A stretch of 64,000 nucleotides of DNA from the NCBI GenBank assembly GCA_964393215.1, contig CAYMSW010000001.1, positions 7,236 through 71,235 of the forward strand, in the 5' to 3' direction. The position numbers were made by a program, and so were the translations under genes. Source of the DNA: Candidatus Woesearchaeota archaeon (lineage in GTDB: Archaea > Nanobdellota > Nanobdellia > SCGC-AAA011-G17 > PNOQ01). The notes below the pieces were generated by a model. It had not been told where the DNA came from, made no database searches, and saw nothing but the letters and a program-made list of their open reading frames with translations. Positions 48,979-58,471 of this stretch are shown here, in pieces (positions within the stretch are counted from its first letter, which is position 1; each line of letters starts with the position of its first letter).

Positions 48979-49248
48979 TTACATTAATCCTAATTGTGTT
49001 ACAACATCAATTGCAGGTGTTTCAGGTGAAACTGAGATGTAAGCTCTTTTGTTTCCATCCCTATCAAATAAAGTGTTGACTTTTACAACTTTCAACTTAA
49101 ATTCTTTCTCGATAGCTTCCTTTATTTCATGTTTTTTAGCATTATTATCTACAACAAAGAGTAATTTGTTCTCTGATTCCATTAATCTAACTGCCTTTTC
49201 AGTTGCCAATGGATATTTTATTATTCTGTACTGTTTCATTTTACTCAA
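48979..49248 (-). CDS. rpl23: 50S ribosomal protein L23 (uL23).
   Basis: Sequence and position. Confidence 0.9.
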   Translation of the reverse strand: MSKMKQYRIIKYPLATEKAVRLMESENKLLFVVDNNAKKHEIKEAIEKEFKLKVVKVNTLFDRDGNKRAYISVSPETPAIDVVTQLGLM

Positions 49249-50005
49249 ACAATTTCTCCTTGTTCATTTTTTCAATAGAGTCTAAAGACCAAACTGTGGT
49301 TCTTCCAGGAACTGCACCCGGAGCTAACAACTCTGCATTAAGTGATTTTACATTTGAAACATCAAAACCGGCCAAATTTCTACAAGCCTTAGACATAGGT
49401 GATTCTTTTGATACAACGACTAAAATGCTCTTTGGCTTTCTATATTTTCTTCCCCTTAATTTTCCAATACCTGCTCTTATCTTTTTAGTTAATCCTCTTT
49501 CAACATCTTTTTCCAAACCTAACTTCTCAAATAAAGAAACAGCATCTTTGGATTTTGTTATTGTTTCTAACTTTTCAACAATTAATGGTTTCTTACCAAC
49601 TGCTGCGGCCATTGCAGATCTAATTGCCTTTCTGTTTTCTTTCTTATTTATTGCCTGTCCGAAATTCTTCTCTGCCTTTGGAGGATGAGCTCTTCTTCCA
49701 CCAACGGTGCTAGAAACAACTGCACCAGTATAAACAAACTGTGTACCTCTTCTCAACATAACTTTTCTAGGTATTCTTGACATACCTCTATTATATCCAC
49801 CTCTGTAAGCTCTTCTCCTTCTAGATAGCTTAGCAGAATAATCCATTCCTGCTCTAACACTTGCACCGTAATCTTGTCTTCTTGAAGATTGTAAAGATAA
49901 AACTGCCCTCTTGATTAAGTCAGGTCTAACCTCTTCAGAGAATACCTTAGGCAAATCTACTTCCTTCGTTTCCTTACCTTGTAAATTATATACTTTAGCT
50001 TTCAT
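49241..50005 (-). CDS. rpl4: 50S ribosomal protein L4 (uL4).
   Basis: Sequence and position. Confidence 0.9.
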   Translation of the reverse strand: MKAKVYNLQGKETKEVDLPKVFSEEVRPDLIKRAVLSLQSSRRQDYGASVRAGMDYSAKLSRRRRAYRGGYNRGMSRIPRKVMLRRGTQFVYTGAVVSSTVGGRRAHPPKAEKNFGQAINKKENRKAIRSAMAAAVGKKPLIVEKLETITKSKDAVSLFEKLGLEKDVERGLTKKIRAGIGKLRGRKYRKPKSILVVVSKESPMSKACRNLAGFDVSNVKSLNAELLAPGAVPGRTTVWSLDSIEKMNKEKLFE

Positions 50006-50949
50006 TGTTTCGAACTCTGACTTACAGAGATTATTTCTGGAGCATTAGAATCTTTTACGCTCCTAATATTTTTGGTTAATATGATTAATCTTTTAGCAGG
50101 ACCAGAAACAGATCCTTTAATCAAAAGATATTCATTCTTCAATTCACCATAGCCCTTTATTCCACCACTTTGATTTATATCCTTTGAGTCTGAACCGACA
50201 AGATAAACCATCTTATTATAATCAGTTCTCTTATGATATCCATGCTGACCATGTTGTGGAACTCTCCAATCAGTTTTCCTTGGAGTAAATGCACCCAAGT
50301 TACCAGCAGATCTTCTTTTCTTCTCAGATTTATGTGACTTCAATGAAATTCCATATCTCTTAACAGGTCCTTGGAATCCCTTACCCTTTGTAATAGAACG
50401 TGTATCAACAACTTCACCAGCTTTCAAAACATCAGAAACTTTAATTTCCTTCTCCAACAAAGATTTTGCATATTCTAAATCACCGTTCAAAGGAATTTCA
50501 AATATTTCTGGTTTTTTCTTTCCAATGCCAGTTAATTTTGGTTGTGTATAAACAACTAATCTAATATGATCGTATTCTTTTGGAATCTCGCTCTTAGTTT
50601 CTTTTTTTGATAAGTTAATCTTCCTAGATAATTCCTTGTCTAAATTCTTAGCAATAATTTGTGATATGACCAAGAAACCGTATGGAGTTTTGTTGTAAAA
50701 TCGAAGAGAAAGAGGCTTTAATGGTGGACATTCAATAATTGTCACCGGTGTAAACACATTCATGTTCTTAGTCATAGGGTTGGTGCTCTTTTCAAAAATA
50801 TGAGTCATTCCTGCTTTATAGCCAGCAAAACCAATAACATTTTGAGAATCAGATTTAAACCATGATTTAATATTAGAATATATTCTTTGAGACCTTACCC
50901 TAGGCCAAACTTGCAAACTTCCTGATCGTGGTTTGTGCGATTTCGACAT
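50002..50949 (-). CDS. rpl3: 50S ribosomal protein L3 (uL3).
   Basis: Sequence and position; first gene of the cluster. Confidence 0.9.
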   Translation of the reverse strand: MSKSHKPRSGSLQVWPRVRSQRIYSNIKSWFKSDSQNVIGFAGYKAGMTHIFEKSTNPMTKNMNVFTPVTIIECPPLKPLSLRFYNKTPYGFLVISQIIAKNLDKELSRKINLSKKETKSEIPKEYDHIRLVVYTQPKLTGIGKKKPEIFEIPLNGDLEYAKSLLEKEIKVSDVLKAGEVVDTRSITKGKGFQGPVKRYGISLKSHKSEKKRRSAGNLGAFTPRKTDWRVPQHGQHGYHKRTDYNKMVYLVGSDSKDINQSGGIKGYGELKNEYLLIKGSVSGPAKRLIILTKNIRSVKDSNAPEIISVSQSSKQ

Positions 50950-50969
50950 TTGTTAACTGCGCTCTTAAC

Positions 50970-50982
50970 GCTTTTATATAGT
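50970..50982 (-). promoter_or_regulatory. Putative archaeal TATA box for the L3 ribosomal-protein operon.
   Basis: The minus strand reads ctatataaaagc about 25-30 nt upstream of the L3 ATG. Confidence 0.35.
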
Positions 50983-51075
50983 TTTCCATCTAGAATCAGC
51001 GACTTACCAGATCTCTCTGGGAACGATACAGTAGGGTAGAATTAAGCTAATTTGGGCAATTTATAAAGGTTTTGA

Positions 51076-51690
51076 TTAAGCCTCAAATTCTTTCTCTTTT
51101 TCACTCTCAGAACCATCAATAATCAATTTTCTAACTAATTTTCCCTTTCTTTTGGCAAATAATCTCGCTTTTTCAGAATCGTTTTCATATTCTTTAGGAA
51201 CAACCACGTCTTCAATCAAAAAAGTGTAGAATAACTCTAATTTCTTCTTAAATTCAGCATCAATAAGTTTACCAGCAAAATCAAGAGGCAACACAGCCTT
51301 TCCAAAATTACCCTTCAAAGCATTACCAGGTTTAGGAAGAGACTTCCCAACTTTCAAAGATCCACCAGAAAACTCAATATTTAATAGAATAAACTCACAC
51401 TCATCACAAAACTTAACCAAATCAGCACCAGAAATCTCTTCATCCAACTCTTCCTTTCTCTTACCAGAATAGAAAACTTTACCATTAACAGACACTTTAT
51501 CAACGTTCTCTCCAATTACTCTAGTTAAATCTTTAATCAAGTCATAAGAACAATTAACCTTCAAAACTCCTTTTGGCACAGTCATTTTAAGTAAAGATCT
51601 ATTTTCATATTTTCCTGGACCAAATCTAACAAACTGCTTATGGGTTTCTTCATCAACATTCCCATTAAACAACCTTTCAGTAAATATCAT
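51076..51690 (-). CDS. Hypothetical protein immediately upstream of the ribosomal-protein operon.
   Basis: Clean 204-aa ORF with no recognised motif. Confidence 0.4.
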   Translation of the reverse strand: MIFTERLFNGNVDEETHKQFVRFGPGKYENRSLLKMTVPKGVLKVNCSYDLIKDLTRVIGENVDKVSVNGKVFYSGKRKEELDEEISGADLVKFCDECEFILLNIEFSGGSLKVGKSLPKPGNALKGNFGKAVLPLDFAGKLIDAEFKKKLELFYTFLIEDVVVPKEYENDSEKARLFAKRKGKLVRKLIIDGSESEKEKEFEA

Positions 51691-51766
51691 ACTACTAAAG
51701 GTAACATCTCAAATTTATAAATTTATTTGTAGAAAGATATATAAGCCCAAAATTCTTTCAAAAATT

Positions 51767-52099
51767 ATGAAACAGAGGACAATATTTTATTCCATGCTGA
51801 TACTTGTAGTGGGTGCCTTGTTCTTTTCATTCCTGAGCTGGATGAATTTTAGTGGTTTCGCAGTAACAGATGTAAATGACTGTTTAATTGCAAAAAATAA
51901 GTTTGATATCTCAAAAAAACATTTTGAATGTACAAGCGAAGGAACAGCAGAAGAAGCAACAGAAATTTGCATAAGAGAAGGCGAAACGATGACATATCAC
52001 TATGTAAAGTCAGATTTCAAAGAATGGGCATTTGAAAAAGACGGAACCAAGGAAACATACACCTACGACTTGGAATCAAAAACTTGTGAAACTGGGTGA
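51767..52099 (+). CDS. Small secreted or membrane-anchored Cys-containing hypothetical protein.
   Basis: N-terminal hydrophobic signal segment and 4 Cys. Confidence 0.4.
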   Translation: MKQRTIFYSMLILVVGALFFSFLSWMNFSGFAVTDVNDCLIAKNKFDISKKHFECTSEGTAEEATEICIREGETMTYHYVKSDFKEWAFEKDGTKETYTYDLESKTCETG

Positions 52100-52116
52100 T
52101 ATAAATTTTAGGCACT

Positions 52117-52734
52117 TTGGATTTTATCTACATATTAGCAATAGGAGTTCTTCTTCTAGTTGTGATTATACAATCTATACGAAAATTTGAGAAGAATCAG
52201 TATGTTTTGTGGTTTTCAATCATTCCTGCAATAATTTTTCTGATTGCACAATATTTTCCAACAAATGAACTACTAAATAGTATATTATTGGTAGTATTCA
52301 TATTGATAATAACCTTATACCCACTAACATTCCTAATAAAAAAACTCAAGAACAAAAGAGTAAACATGCTAATTTTCCTAACCTTATTAATTGAATGGGA
52401 CTGGATCATAACCTGGGTCTACCTAAATAGATATTCCTTAGATGAACTAAATCCACTATTAAACATAGGAAGCTTACTATTCTTCAGCATCCAAAAACTA
52501 CTACCTCTAATCTTATTCCTATTATTATATTTAGTCTCAAAAGACAATAAAAAACTATCAAGAATTTTAGAAGCAATACTAATCGTAGTTACAATTGCTT
52601 ATGCAGTTCTATTTGTTTGGCAAATGTATGTTGTTGCACTCTTTACGCCGTTTGTATTCTATCTATTACCAATTTCGGCAATTGCAGTAATATACTTTGT
52701 TTACAAAATGGTTAAAAGTAAATTAACACTCTAA
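52117..52734 (+). CDS. Polytopic membrane protein, hypothetical.
   Basis: About 6 hydrophobic helices. Confidence 0.4.
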   Translation: MDFIYILAIGVLLLVVIIQSIRKFEKNQYVLWFSIIPAIIFLIAQYFPTNELLNSILLVVFILIITLYPLTFLIKKLKNKRVNMLIFLTLLIEWDWIITWVYLNRYSLDELNPLLNIGSLLFFSIQKLLPLILFLLLYLVSKDNKKLSRILEAILIVVTIAYAVLFVWQMYVVALFTPFVFYLLPISAIAVIYFVYKMVKSKLTL

Positions 52735-52772
52735 AAACCTTTTTAAAAGAAATAAATACACAATCTTTCTAT

Positions 52773-52845
52773 AGTCCCGTAGTGTAGTGGCCCAGCATAC
52801 GAGGTTCTGGTCCTCGTGACCCAGGTTCGAATCCTGGCGGGACTA
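52773..52845 (+). tRNA. tRNA-Gln (CUG).
   Basis: Acceptor agtcccg/cgggact, anticodon arm cgagg-ttCTGgt-cctcg, T arm ccagg-ttcgaat-cctgg. Confidence 0.75.
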
Positions 52846-52886
52846 CTTAGTTAATTTTATAAAAGAAATAATTCAGCCAAACCTAT

Positions 52887-52961
52887 GCTCTCGTAGTCTA
52901 GCCCGGTCCAGGACGCGGCCCTCTCGAGGCCGAAACCCGAGTTCAAATCTCGGCGGGAGCA
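52887..52961 (+). tRNA. tRNA-Glu (CUC).
   Basis: Acceptor gctctcg/cgggagc, anticodon arm cggcc-ctCTCga-ggccg, T arm ccgag-ttcaaat-ctcgg. Confidence 0.75.
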
Positions 52962-52962
52962 T

Positions 52963-53256
52963 TCACTTTTCATACGTGCCTATTGACTTCTCAAGTTTGG
53001 TAAATGGCCAAGGCCTATTATTATGTACAAAAGTCATATACTGCAAGAACTTAAACTTCTGGGTGTTGTAAATCCCACAAAAGTTTGCAAGATCTTTACT
53101 TCTTTTTCCAGAGAAAATAGAATACAACCAATGGAAAACAACAATAATTTGTATTAATGACTTCCAAACGCTAAGAATTATTCCAGACACAATGAGAACA
53201 ACGATTCTCATCCATGCTTCTTTTCTTTCGGTTTTCATAATAGAAATGTAATTCAA
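52963..53256 (-). CDS. Small hypothetical membrane protein.
   Basis: Short ORF with one or two TM segments. Confidence 0.25.
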   Translation of the reverse strand: MNYISIMKTERKEAWMRIVVLIVSGIILSVWKSLIQIIVVFHWLYSIFSGKRSKDLANFCGIYNTQKFKFLQYMTFVHNNRPWPFTKLEKSIGTYEK

Positions 53257-53309
53257 CTCTTTATATATTTTATCAAAAAGTTTATATAATCTCCATCTAA
53301 AAAATAACT

Positions 53310-54125
53310 ATGGTTCAGAGAAAAAGAGGTAAGAAAACAACTTCTAAGAAAGTCAAAAGAAAAACAAAAGAAGTCAAACCAAAAAAAGCACCATGGACTT
53401 ATTACATTTCAATTGTAGTTTTATCATTAGGAATCGTTGGAGGAATTTTTGGAGAAGAACTTTTGGATATTATTCCAGAAGAAATAGAGCCAAGACCATT
53501 ATACAAACCATTGGATGGAGAGAACACTGCACAAATAGTTGTACCCGCAGTTGATCAAGAAGGTAATGGGGTTCCAACAAACTTAGCAGTAACAGTAAAA
53601 GAAGGAACAGGAAAAACCTTAGTTGATATTGATGGCTTATTATTCTGGGTAGATACACAAAACAGTATAAGAATGGCAAAATTAGTTGCACAAGAACAAA
53701 CAAACTTAGATCTTGACCAATATGACATAATTTACAAAATAGATGCACAAGCATCATTAATTGGAGGGGAAAGCGCCGGTGCGGCATTAACAGTAGCAAC
53801 AATTGCAGCATTAGAAGATAAAGAATTAAAAGAGAATGTAGTAATAACTGGAACTGTAAATCATGACGGAACAATCGGTCCGATTGGCGAGGTTGTAGAA
53901 AAAGCAATGGCTGCAAAAGACATAGGTGCAACAAAAATACTAGTTCCACTAATGCAGAGCAAGGAAGTTGCTTATGAAGAAATAGAACATTGCCAAACAT
54001 TCGGACTTATGGAATGGTGCACTATGGAAAGAATCCCACAATCATATGATCTTGCATCAGAATCCGGACTTGAAGTAATTGAGGTAACAACAGTAAGAGA
54101 AGCACTAGATCATTTCTATGTTTAG
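53310..54125 (+). CDS. Membrane-anchored Lon-like S16 peptidase domain protein with no AAA+ module.
   Basis: N-terminal basic segment plus a TM helix. Catalytic Ser in GGESAGAALTVATIAAL and Lys in AAKDIGATKILVP. Confidence 0.65.
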   Translation: MVQRKRGKKTTSKKVKRKTKEVKPKKAPWTYYISIVVLSLGIVGGIFGEELLDIIPEEIEPRPLYKPLDGENTAQIVVPAVDQEGNGVPTNLAVTVKEGTGKTLVDIDGLLFWVDTQNSIRMAKLVAQEQTNLDLDQYDIIYKIDAQASLIGGESAGAALTVATIAALEDKELKENVVITGTVNHDGTIGPIGEVVEKAMAAKDIGATKILVPLMQSKEVAYEEIEHCQTFGLMEWCTMERIPQSYDLASESGLEVIEVTTVREALDHFYV

Positions 54126-54159
54126 TTAATCTTTTAAATAATAAAAACAATCCTGGCTC

Positions 54160-54639
54160 ATGAAAAGAGGACAAGCAGCCATGGAGTTCTTAATGACTTA
54201 TGGTTGGGCAATTCTTGTTGTTTTAATCGCCATTGGCGCTTTAGCCTACTTTGCTGCATTAAATCCCGGAAGATTCTTGCCTAGCAGTTGTACAATAACT
54301 CCTGGCGTATCGTGCGAAGACTTCGTTGTTGATTACGTTGATGGAACAAACGATGCCATTACCATTACATTGAGAAATGGAATGGGTGATGACTTAGATT
54401 CTGTAGCAGTTACAATTACAGATCCAGATGGGGGAGCGACAATATGTCCATTAGCATGTTCTAATGGATGTGCAGGAACTTCGATGCCAGATGGAACGCT
54501 AACTACTTGGGGAGCGACAACTTGTCCAGGTGTCGGTGCTGCAGGAAGCAAATTTAAGGGAGATATATTATTTGCTTACACTGGAGCAGGTGGATTAAGT
54601 CACACAAAGACAGGTTCCATAACAACACAAGTCGAATAA
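54160..54639 (+). CDS. Class III signal-peptide (archaeal type IV pilin-like) protein.
   Basis: Pilin-like N-terminus KRGQAAMEFLMTYGWAILVV. Confidence 0.7.
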   Translation: MKRGQAAMEFLMTYGWAILVVLIAIGALAYFAALNPGRFLPSSCTITPGVSCEDFVVDYVDGTNDAITITLRNGMGDDLDSVAVTITDPDGGATICPLACSNGCAGTSMPDGTLTTWGATTCPGVGAAGSKFKGDILFAYTGAGGLSHTKTGSITTQVE

Positions 54640-54718
54640 ATTTTTTTCTTTTTCTTTTTTAGTTAACTCAAATCCTTAAAAAGAAAGTTTTTTATAACAA
54701 TTTTCTAAAGTATTCTCT

Positions 54719-55759
54719 ATGAATTCGATATTAAAACTTCTTTTAAAAAATAAGGATAAAAAAGAGATCAAAGGAGGATCATTATCTAAAATATATCTTT
54801 GCAATAAATACATAATTAAAACTTATAGAGGAAAAGATCCAAGAGGGGTAGAAAAATTAAAAAAAGAGGTATACTATTTAAAAAAACTTCCCAAAGAATT
54901 AAAATCCCATTTCCCAAGGGTCCTTGAAAAATTAAGTGCTAAAAACTCATTTTCATTTCTATTAACATATCATTCAATTCCTTCAATAACTGAACAAATT
55001 TTAGATAAAAAAATGAACATAGTCCAAATTTGGAAAAACCTAGAAGATATTATTCTCTTCATGAAAAAAAACCTATATACTAAAAAGAAAACAAAATTAA
55101 AAAAGAATTATCTAAAAAAAGCTTATTTTGACAGGCTAAATTCAGCACTAAAAATACTAGAAAAAGATGAATATTATAATAGCATATTGAAATCAAACAT
55201 AATCTTAAACGATGAGTATCTAACAAATATATACATCCTTCTTAAAAGATTAAAAAAAGACAAAAAGTTAGCCAGTTCAATGAATCCCAAAAATCTAACA
55301 TTGTTCCATGGTAATTTTCATACTGCAAATATACTTGCTAATAAGAATGAATTTATTTTAATAGATCCAAGGGGAGAAACTCTTGGAAGCATAGATTACG
55401 ATGAATCTAAAATGCTTTGCCACTTACTAATTAGATATGATGAAGCACATGAAAATTATTTTTCACTAAACAAATCTAAAAACAAGATTTCGATAAAATT
55501 AACAAAAAAAGACATAGGAATAAGATATGGATACTTACAAAAAAAATATATTGATAAAATCACAAAAAACAAATTAAGAAAATTACTACTATTAGCAGGA
55601 TTCCATGCAATTAGTTTTTCTTCATATCATGCAAGAAAAGACAAACCGAACAAGAAAAGAGTTTTATATTACTATTTAGCAGGATTAAAATTAATTAATG
55701 ACATTGTTTTAGGAAAACAAATAAAAACAGATAAATCTTTGTTCCCTTATTTAAAATGA
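54719..55759 (+). CDS. APH/choline-kinase-like small-molecule kinase (protein-kinase-like fold).
   Basis: Gly-rich loop KGGSLSKIY, catalytic region HGNFHTANIL, and a DxxxG-like region IDPRGETLGSIDYD. Confidence 0.5.
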   Translation: MNSILKLLLKNKDKKEIKGGSLSKIYLCNKYIIKTYRGKDPRGVEKLKKEVYYLKKLPKELKSHFPRVLEKLSAKNSFSFLLTYHSIPSITEQILDKKMNIVQIWKNLEDIILFMKKNLYTKKKTKLKKNYLKKAYFDRLNSALKILEKDEYYNSILKSNIILNDEYLTNIYILLKRLKKDKKLASSMNPKNLTLFHGNFHTANILANKNEFILIDPRGETLGSIDYDESKMLCHLLIRYDEAHENYFSLNKSKNKISIKLTKKDIGIRYGYLQKKYIDKITKNKLRKLLLLAGFHAISFSSYHARKDKPNKKRVLYYYLAGLKLINDIVLGKQIKTDKSLFPYLK

Positions 55760-57411
55760 ATATTAAATCAATATACAAAAAAATTGCAAGATATTATCCT
55801 TTAAAATACAAAAAGAACGATCTTCCATACTTTCTAAAAGAATATTTTAAAATTTTAGATCACAAAATTCCCAGTTCAGTTTCTCCAAGAATAGGTGGCA
55901 AATTTGGAAAAGATTATTACAATAGTTTAATAGATAAATACTCCAAAATACCTAAAAAACCAAGTAATCCTCTAAAATCCTCTTCTAAAATTGTAAATGA
56001 CTTATTTCAAGGTGTTCTTCGTTGGAGAAGCCCCTTATTACAATATAATGTTGGATCTGCAGTCAACACACCTTCTTCTGCAATATACTCTCTTGCTTTA
56101 GATGAAAATATTTATTCTATTGATGAAGGTCTAGCGGGAAATGCACTTGTTGCTGAAAAAGCAGTAATAAGAATATTATCTAATCTAGCAAATCTTAAGA
56201 AACCAGGATCTGGATTGTTTGTTTTCGGAGGAACAGCCACAAATCTTTACGCAACAAAGTTGGGATTAAAGAAGAATTGTCCAGGAGCGGATAAGAAAGG
56301 AGTTCCAAAAAACGTAAGGATATTTGTGACAGAAGACTCACACTTCACACACTCACTAAGTGCAGACTGGTTAGGAATTGGTACTGATAAAATTATAAAA
56401 ATAATTGCAAATAAAGATAGAACTAGCAATATTGAGGACTTCTCTATAAAACTTGAAAAAGAGCTTAAGAAAGGAAATGTTGTGACTTCAATTTTATTAA
56501 ACGGAGGAACCACATATGATCATACAGTAGATGAAATTAAAAAATTTATAAATGTTAGAAATAAATTAGTAAAAAAATATTCTCTGAAATACACACCACA
56601 CATTCATGTAGATTCTGTAATTGGATGGGGCTGGTTATTTTTTAAAGAATATGACTTTAAAAAGAATAAATTAGACTTATCAAAAAATTGCTTAGAAAAA
56701 ATAAAAAAACAATATTTGAAAATTTCTCAATTAAAGTATGCTGATAGTTGGGGAGTTGACTTTCATAAAGGCATTGGAGGATGCCCTGTAAATAGTAGTA
56801 TGGTTATGTTCAACAAAGCCTCGGATCTGGCATACTTATCTAAAACAAACAATCCAGATTTAGAAATGCACCAATTAGCAAGAGAAATTAATTATATCTC
56901 TCCTGCAGATTATACGCTTGAAACTTCAAGAAATGCTGGAGCCGCATTGGCAGCACTAGCCTCAATTAATTTTCTCGGAATTGAAGGATATCAAAGAAAT
57001 TTATCAAACCTAATAGAGAATACACAATTAGTTAGAAAACTTCTTGATAATAAAAAAGATCTATATGTCATGAATCTTTTTTCAAATGGCTTCGCTACGA
57101 TGGTAAGATTACTCCCTCCTGAAATAAAGAGAACTGTAGATACAGATTCCTTAACAAAAGATATTTCAATAATAAATAAATATATCAAAGAATTTTATCT
57201 TTGGGATTATAAGAATAGAATTTTAAAAAATAACAATAGCCCAAATTATTCTTTCAGCTCAACATATTTTAAGTATAATGGAAATAAAATTTCAGCTATA
57301 AAGATATACCCAGTTTCTCCCCACTATAATAACAAATTTGCCAAAGAAACGGTAAAGACTCTAATCAATCAAAAAAAGATATTTGATAATGAAATATGGT
57401 TAAAGAATTAA
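55756..57411 (+). CDS. Group II PLP-dependent decarboxylase.
   Basis: FVFGGTATN, EDSHFTHSL, HVDSVIGWGW and ADSWGVDFHKG (PLP lysine). Confidence 0.6.
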   Translation: MNIKSIYKKIARYYPLKYKKNDLPYFLKEYFKILDHKIPSSVSPRIGGKFGKDYYNSLIDKYSKIPKKPSNPLKSSSKIVNDLFQGVLRWRSPLLQYNVGSAVNTPSSAIYSLALDENIYSIDEGLAGNALVAEKAVIRILSNLANLKKPGSGLFVFGGTATNLYATKLGLKKNCPGADKKGVPKNVRIFVTEDSHFTHSLSADWLGIGTDKIIKIIANKDRTSNIEDFSIKLEKELKKGNVVTSILLNGGTTYDHTVDEIKKFINVRNKLVKKYSLKYTPHIHVDSVIGWGWLFFKEYDFKKNKLDLSKNCLEKIKKQYLKISQLKYADSWGVDFHKGIGGCPVNSSMVMFNKASDLAYLSKTNNPDLEMHQLAREINYISPADYTLETSRNAGAALAALASINFLGIEGYQRNLSNLIENTQLVRKLLDNKKDLYVMNLFSNGFATMVRLLPPEIKRTVDTDSLTKDISIINKYIKEFYLWDYKNRILKNNNSPNYSFSSTYFKYNGNKISAIKIYPVSPHYNNKFAKETVKTLINQKKIFDNEIWLKN

Positions 57412-58322
57412 TCATTCCACAAAAAATAGAGAACTTAATGAAATCCATATCATATAAGACAGGGATTAAAGAGTTCATTCTCTTTGGGGGAAATGTAATA
57501 GATTATTTTTTGTCTAAAAAACTCAATACGTTAGATATAGATATAATAATAGAAGGAACAAATACAAAAAAAATAAATAAAATTATACAAGACTTAAAAA
57601 ATAGAGGTTTTCATGTTTCAAAGAAAAGAAGATATTATATATTAATGGACAAAAAAATATATTTACTTCAAGCTACAAAAGATAAGTTTAATCTAGATAT
57701 AGCTTTTACAAATGAACCAAAGATCTTGCCAGGACCATTTAATGCTTTAAGTATGTATTGCGAATTCCCTGGAAAAATATGCTATGATCCGTATGGGTGT
57801 ATAGATTCTATTAAAAATAAATCATTTTCTTGCATACCTTCTAAAAATTTTAAAAATGAAAATCCATATATTTTAATTTCAAGGTTCATTCTATTATGCT
57901 CAAAATATAATGCAAGTATAAGCCAATCAAAAGAACATAAAAAAATTATAGAAGAATTCAATAAAAAAAAGAAAACTTTTAAAATAGATACAACTTTCAA
58001 AAAAGAAGTTTTTCTCTCATTTATCTCCAAAATATTCAAATCAATTCTCTTGTCAAAAAATAAAAAAAGATTTATCAAAGAGTTAAAAGATTCAGACATA
58101 TTAATAGACACTTTTGATGAACTCAATGAGGCATTAAAAATTGCAGGATCTAAAAAATATGGAAAAAATATACATAAAATAAAAGATAAACTTAATTTAA
58201 TCAACTATTTTGGGCAGATATTGCAATCAAAGAAAAAGAAAAAATACTTTTCAATTATTGGTAAATTATCAAGTAGGGAATGGGATGAAGGAGATAAAAG
58301 TCTAAAAGTTAACAAAAAATAA
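57396..58322 (+). CDS. Putative Pol-beta-like nucleotidyltransferase.
   Basis: LFGGNVIDYF ... LDIDIII resembles the hG[GS] ... DxD NTase signature. Confidence 0.35.
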   Translation: MVKELIIPQKIENLMKSISYKTGIKEFILFGGNVIDYFLSKKLNTLDIDIIIEGTNTKKINKIIQDLKNRGFHVSKKRRYYILMDKKIYLLQATKDKFNLDIAFTNEPKILPGPFNALSMYCEFPGKICYDPYGCIDSIKNKSFSCIPSKNFKNENPYILISRFILLCSKYNASISQSKEHKKIIEEFNKKKKTFKIDTTFKKEVFLSFISKIFKSILLSKNKKRFIKELKDSDILIDTFDELNEALKIAGSKKYGKNIHKIKDKLNLINYFGQILQSKKKKKYFSIIGKLSSREWDEGDKSLKVNKK

Positions 58323-58471
58323 TGATCTTCTTAAGAAAGAAATAGCACAATGAATTTATAAATAAACAGGTCAGAAAGGCCAATTAAGGGAAAATTACAC
58401 CATAAATTATAACCACTTCTGAATAACAACGATAGAAAAACTTATAAATTAACCGTTAGGTTTAAAAGTCT

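Noticed and set aside
53470-54000. 176-aa minus-strand ORF rich in Leu/Gln/His repeats (LLLLLL...) inside the Lon-like gene.
   Set aside because: It is antisense to a clear S16 peptidase domain. The low-complexity translation is caused by codon bias.
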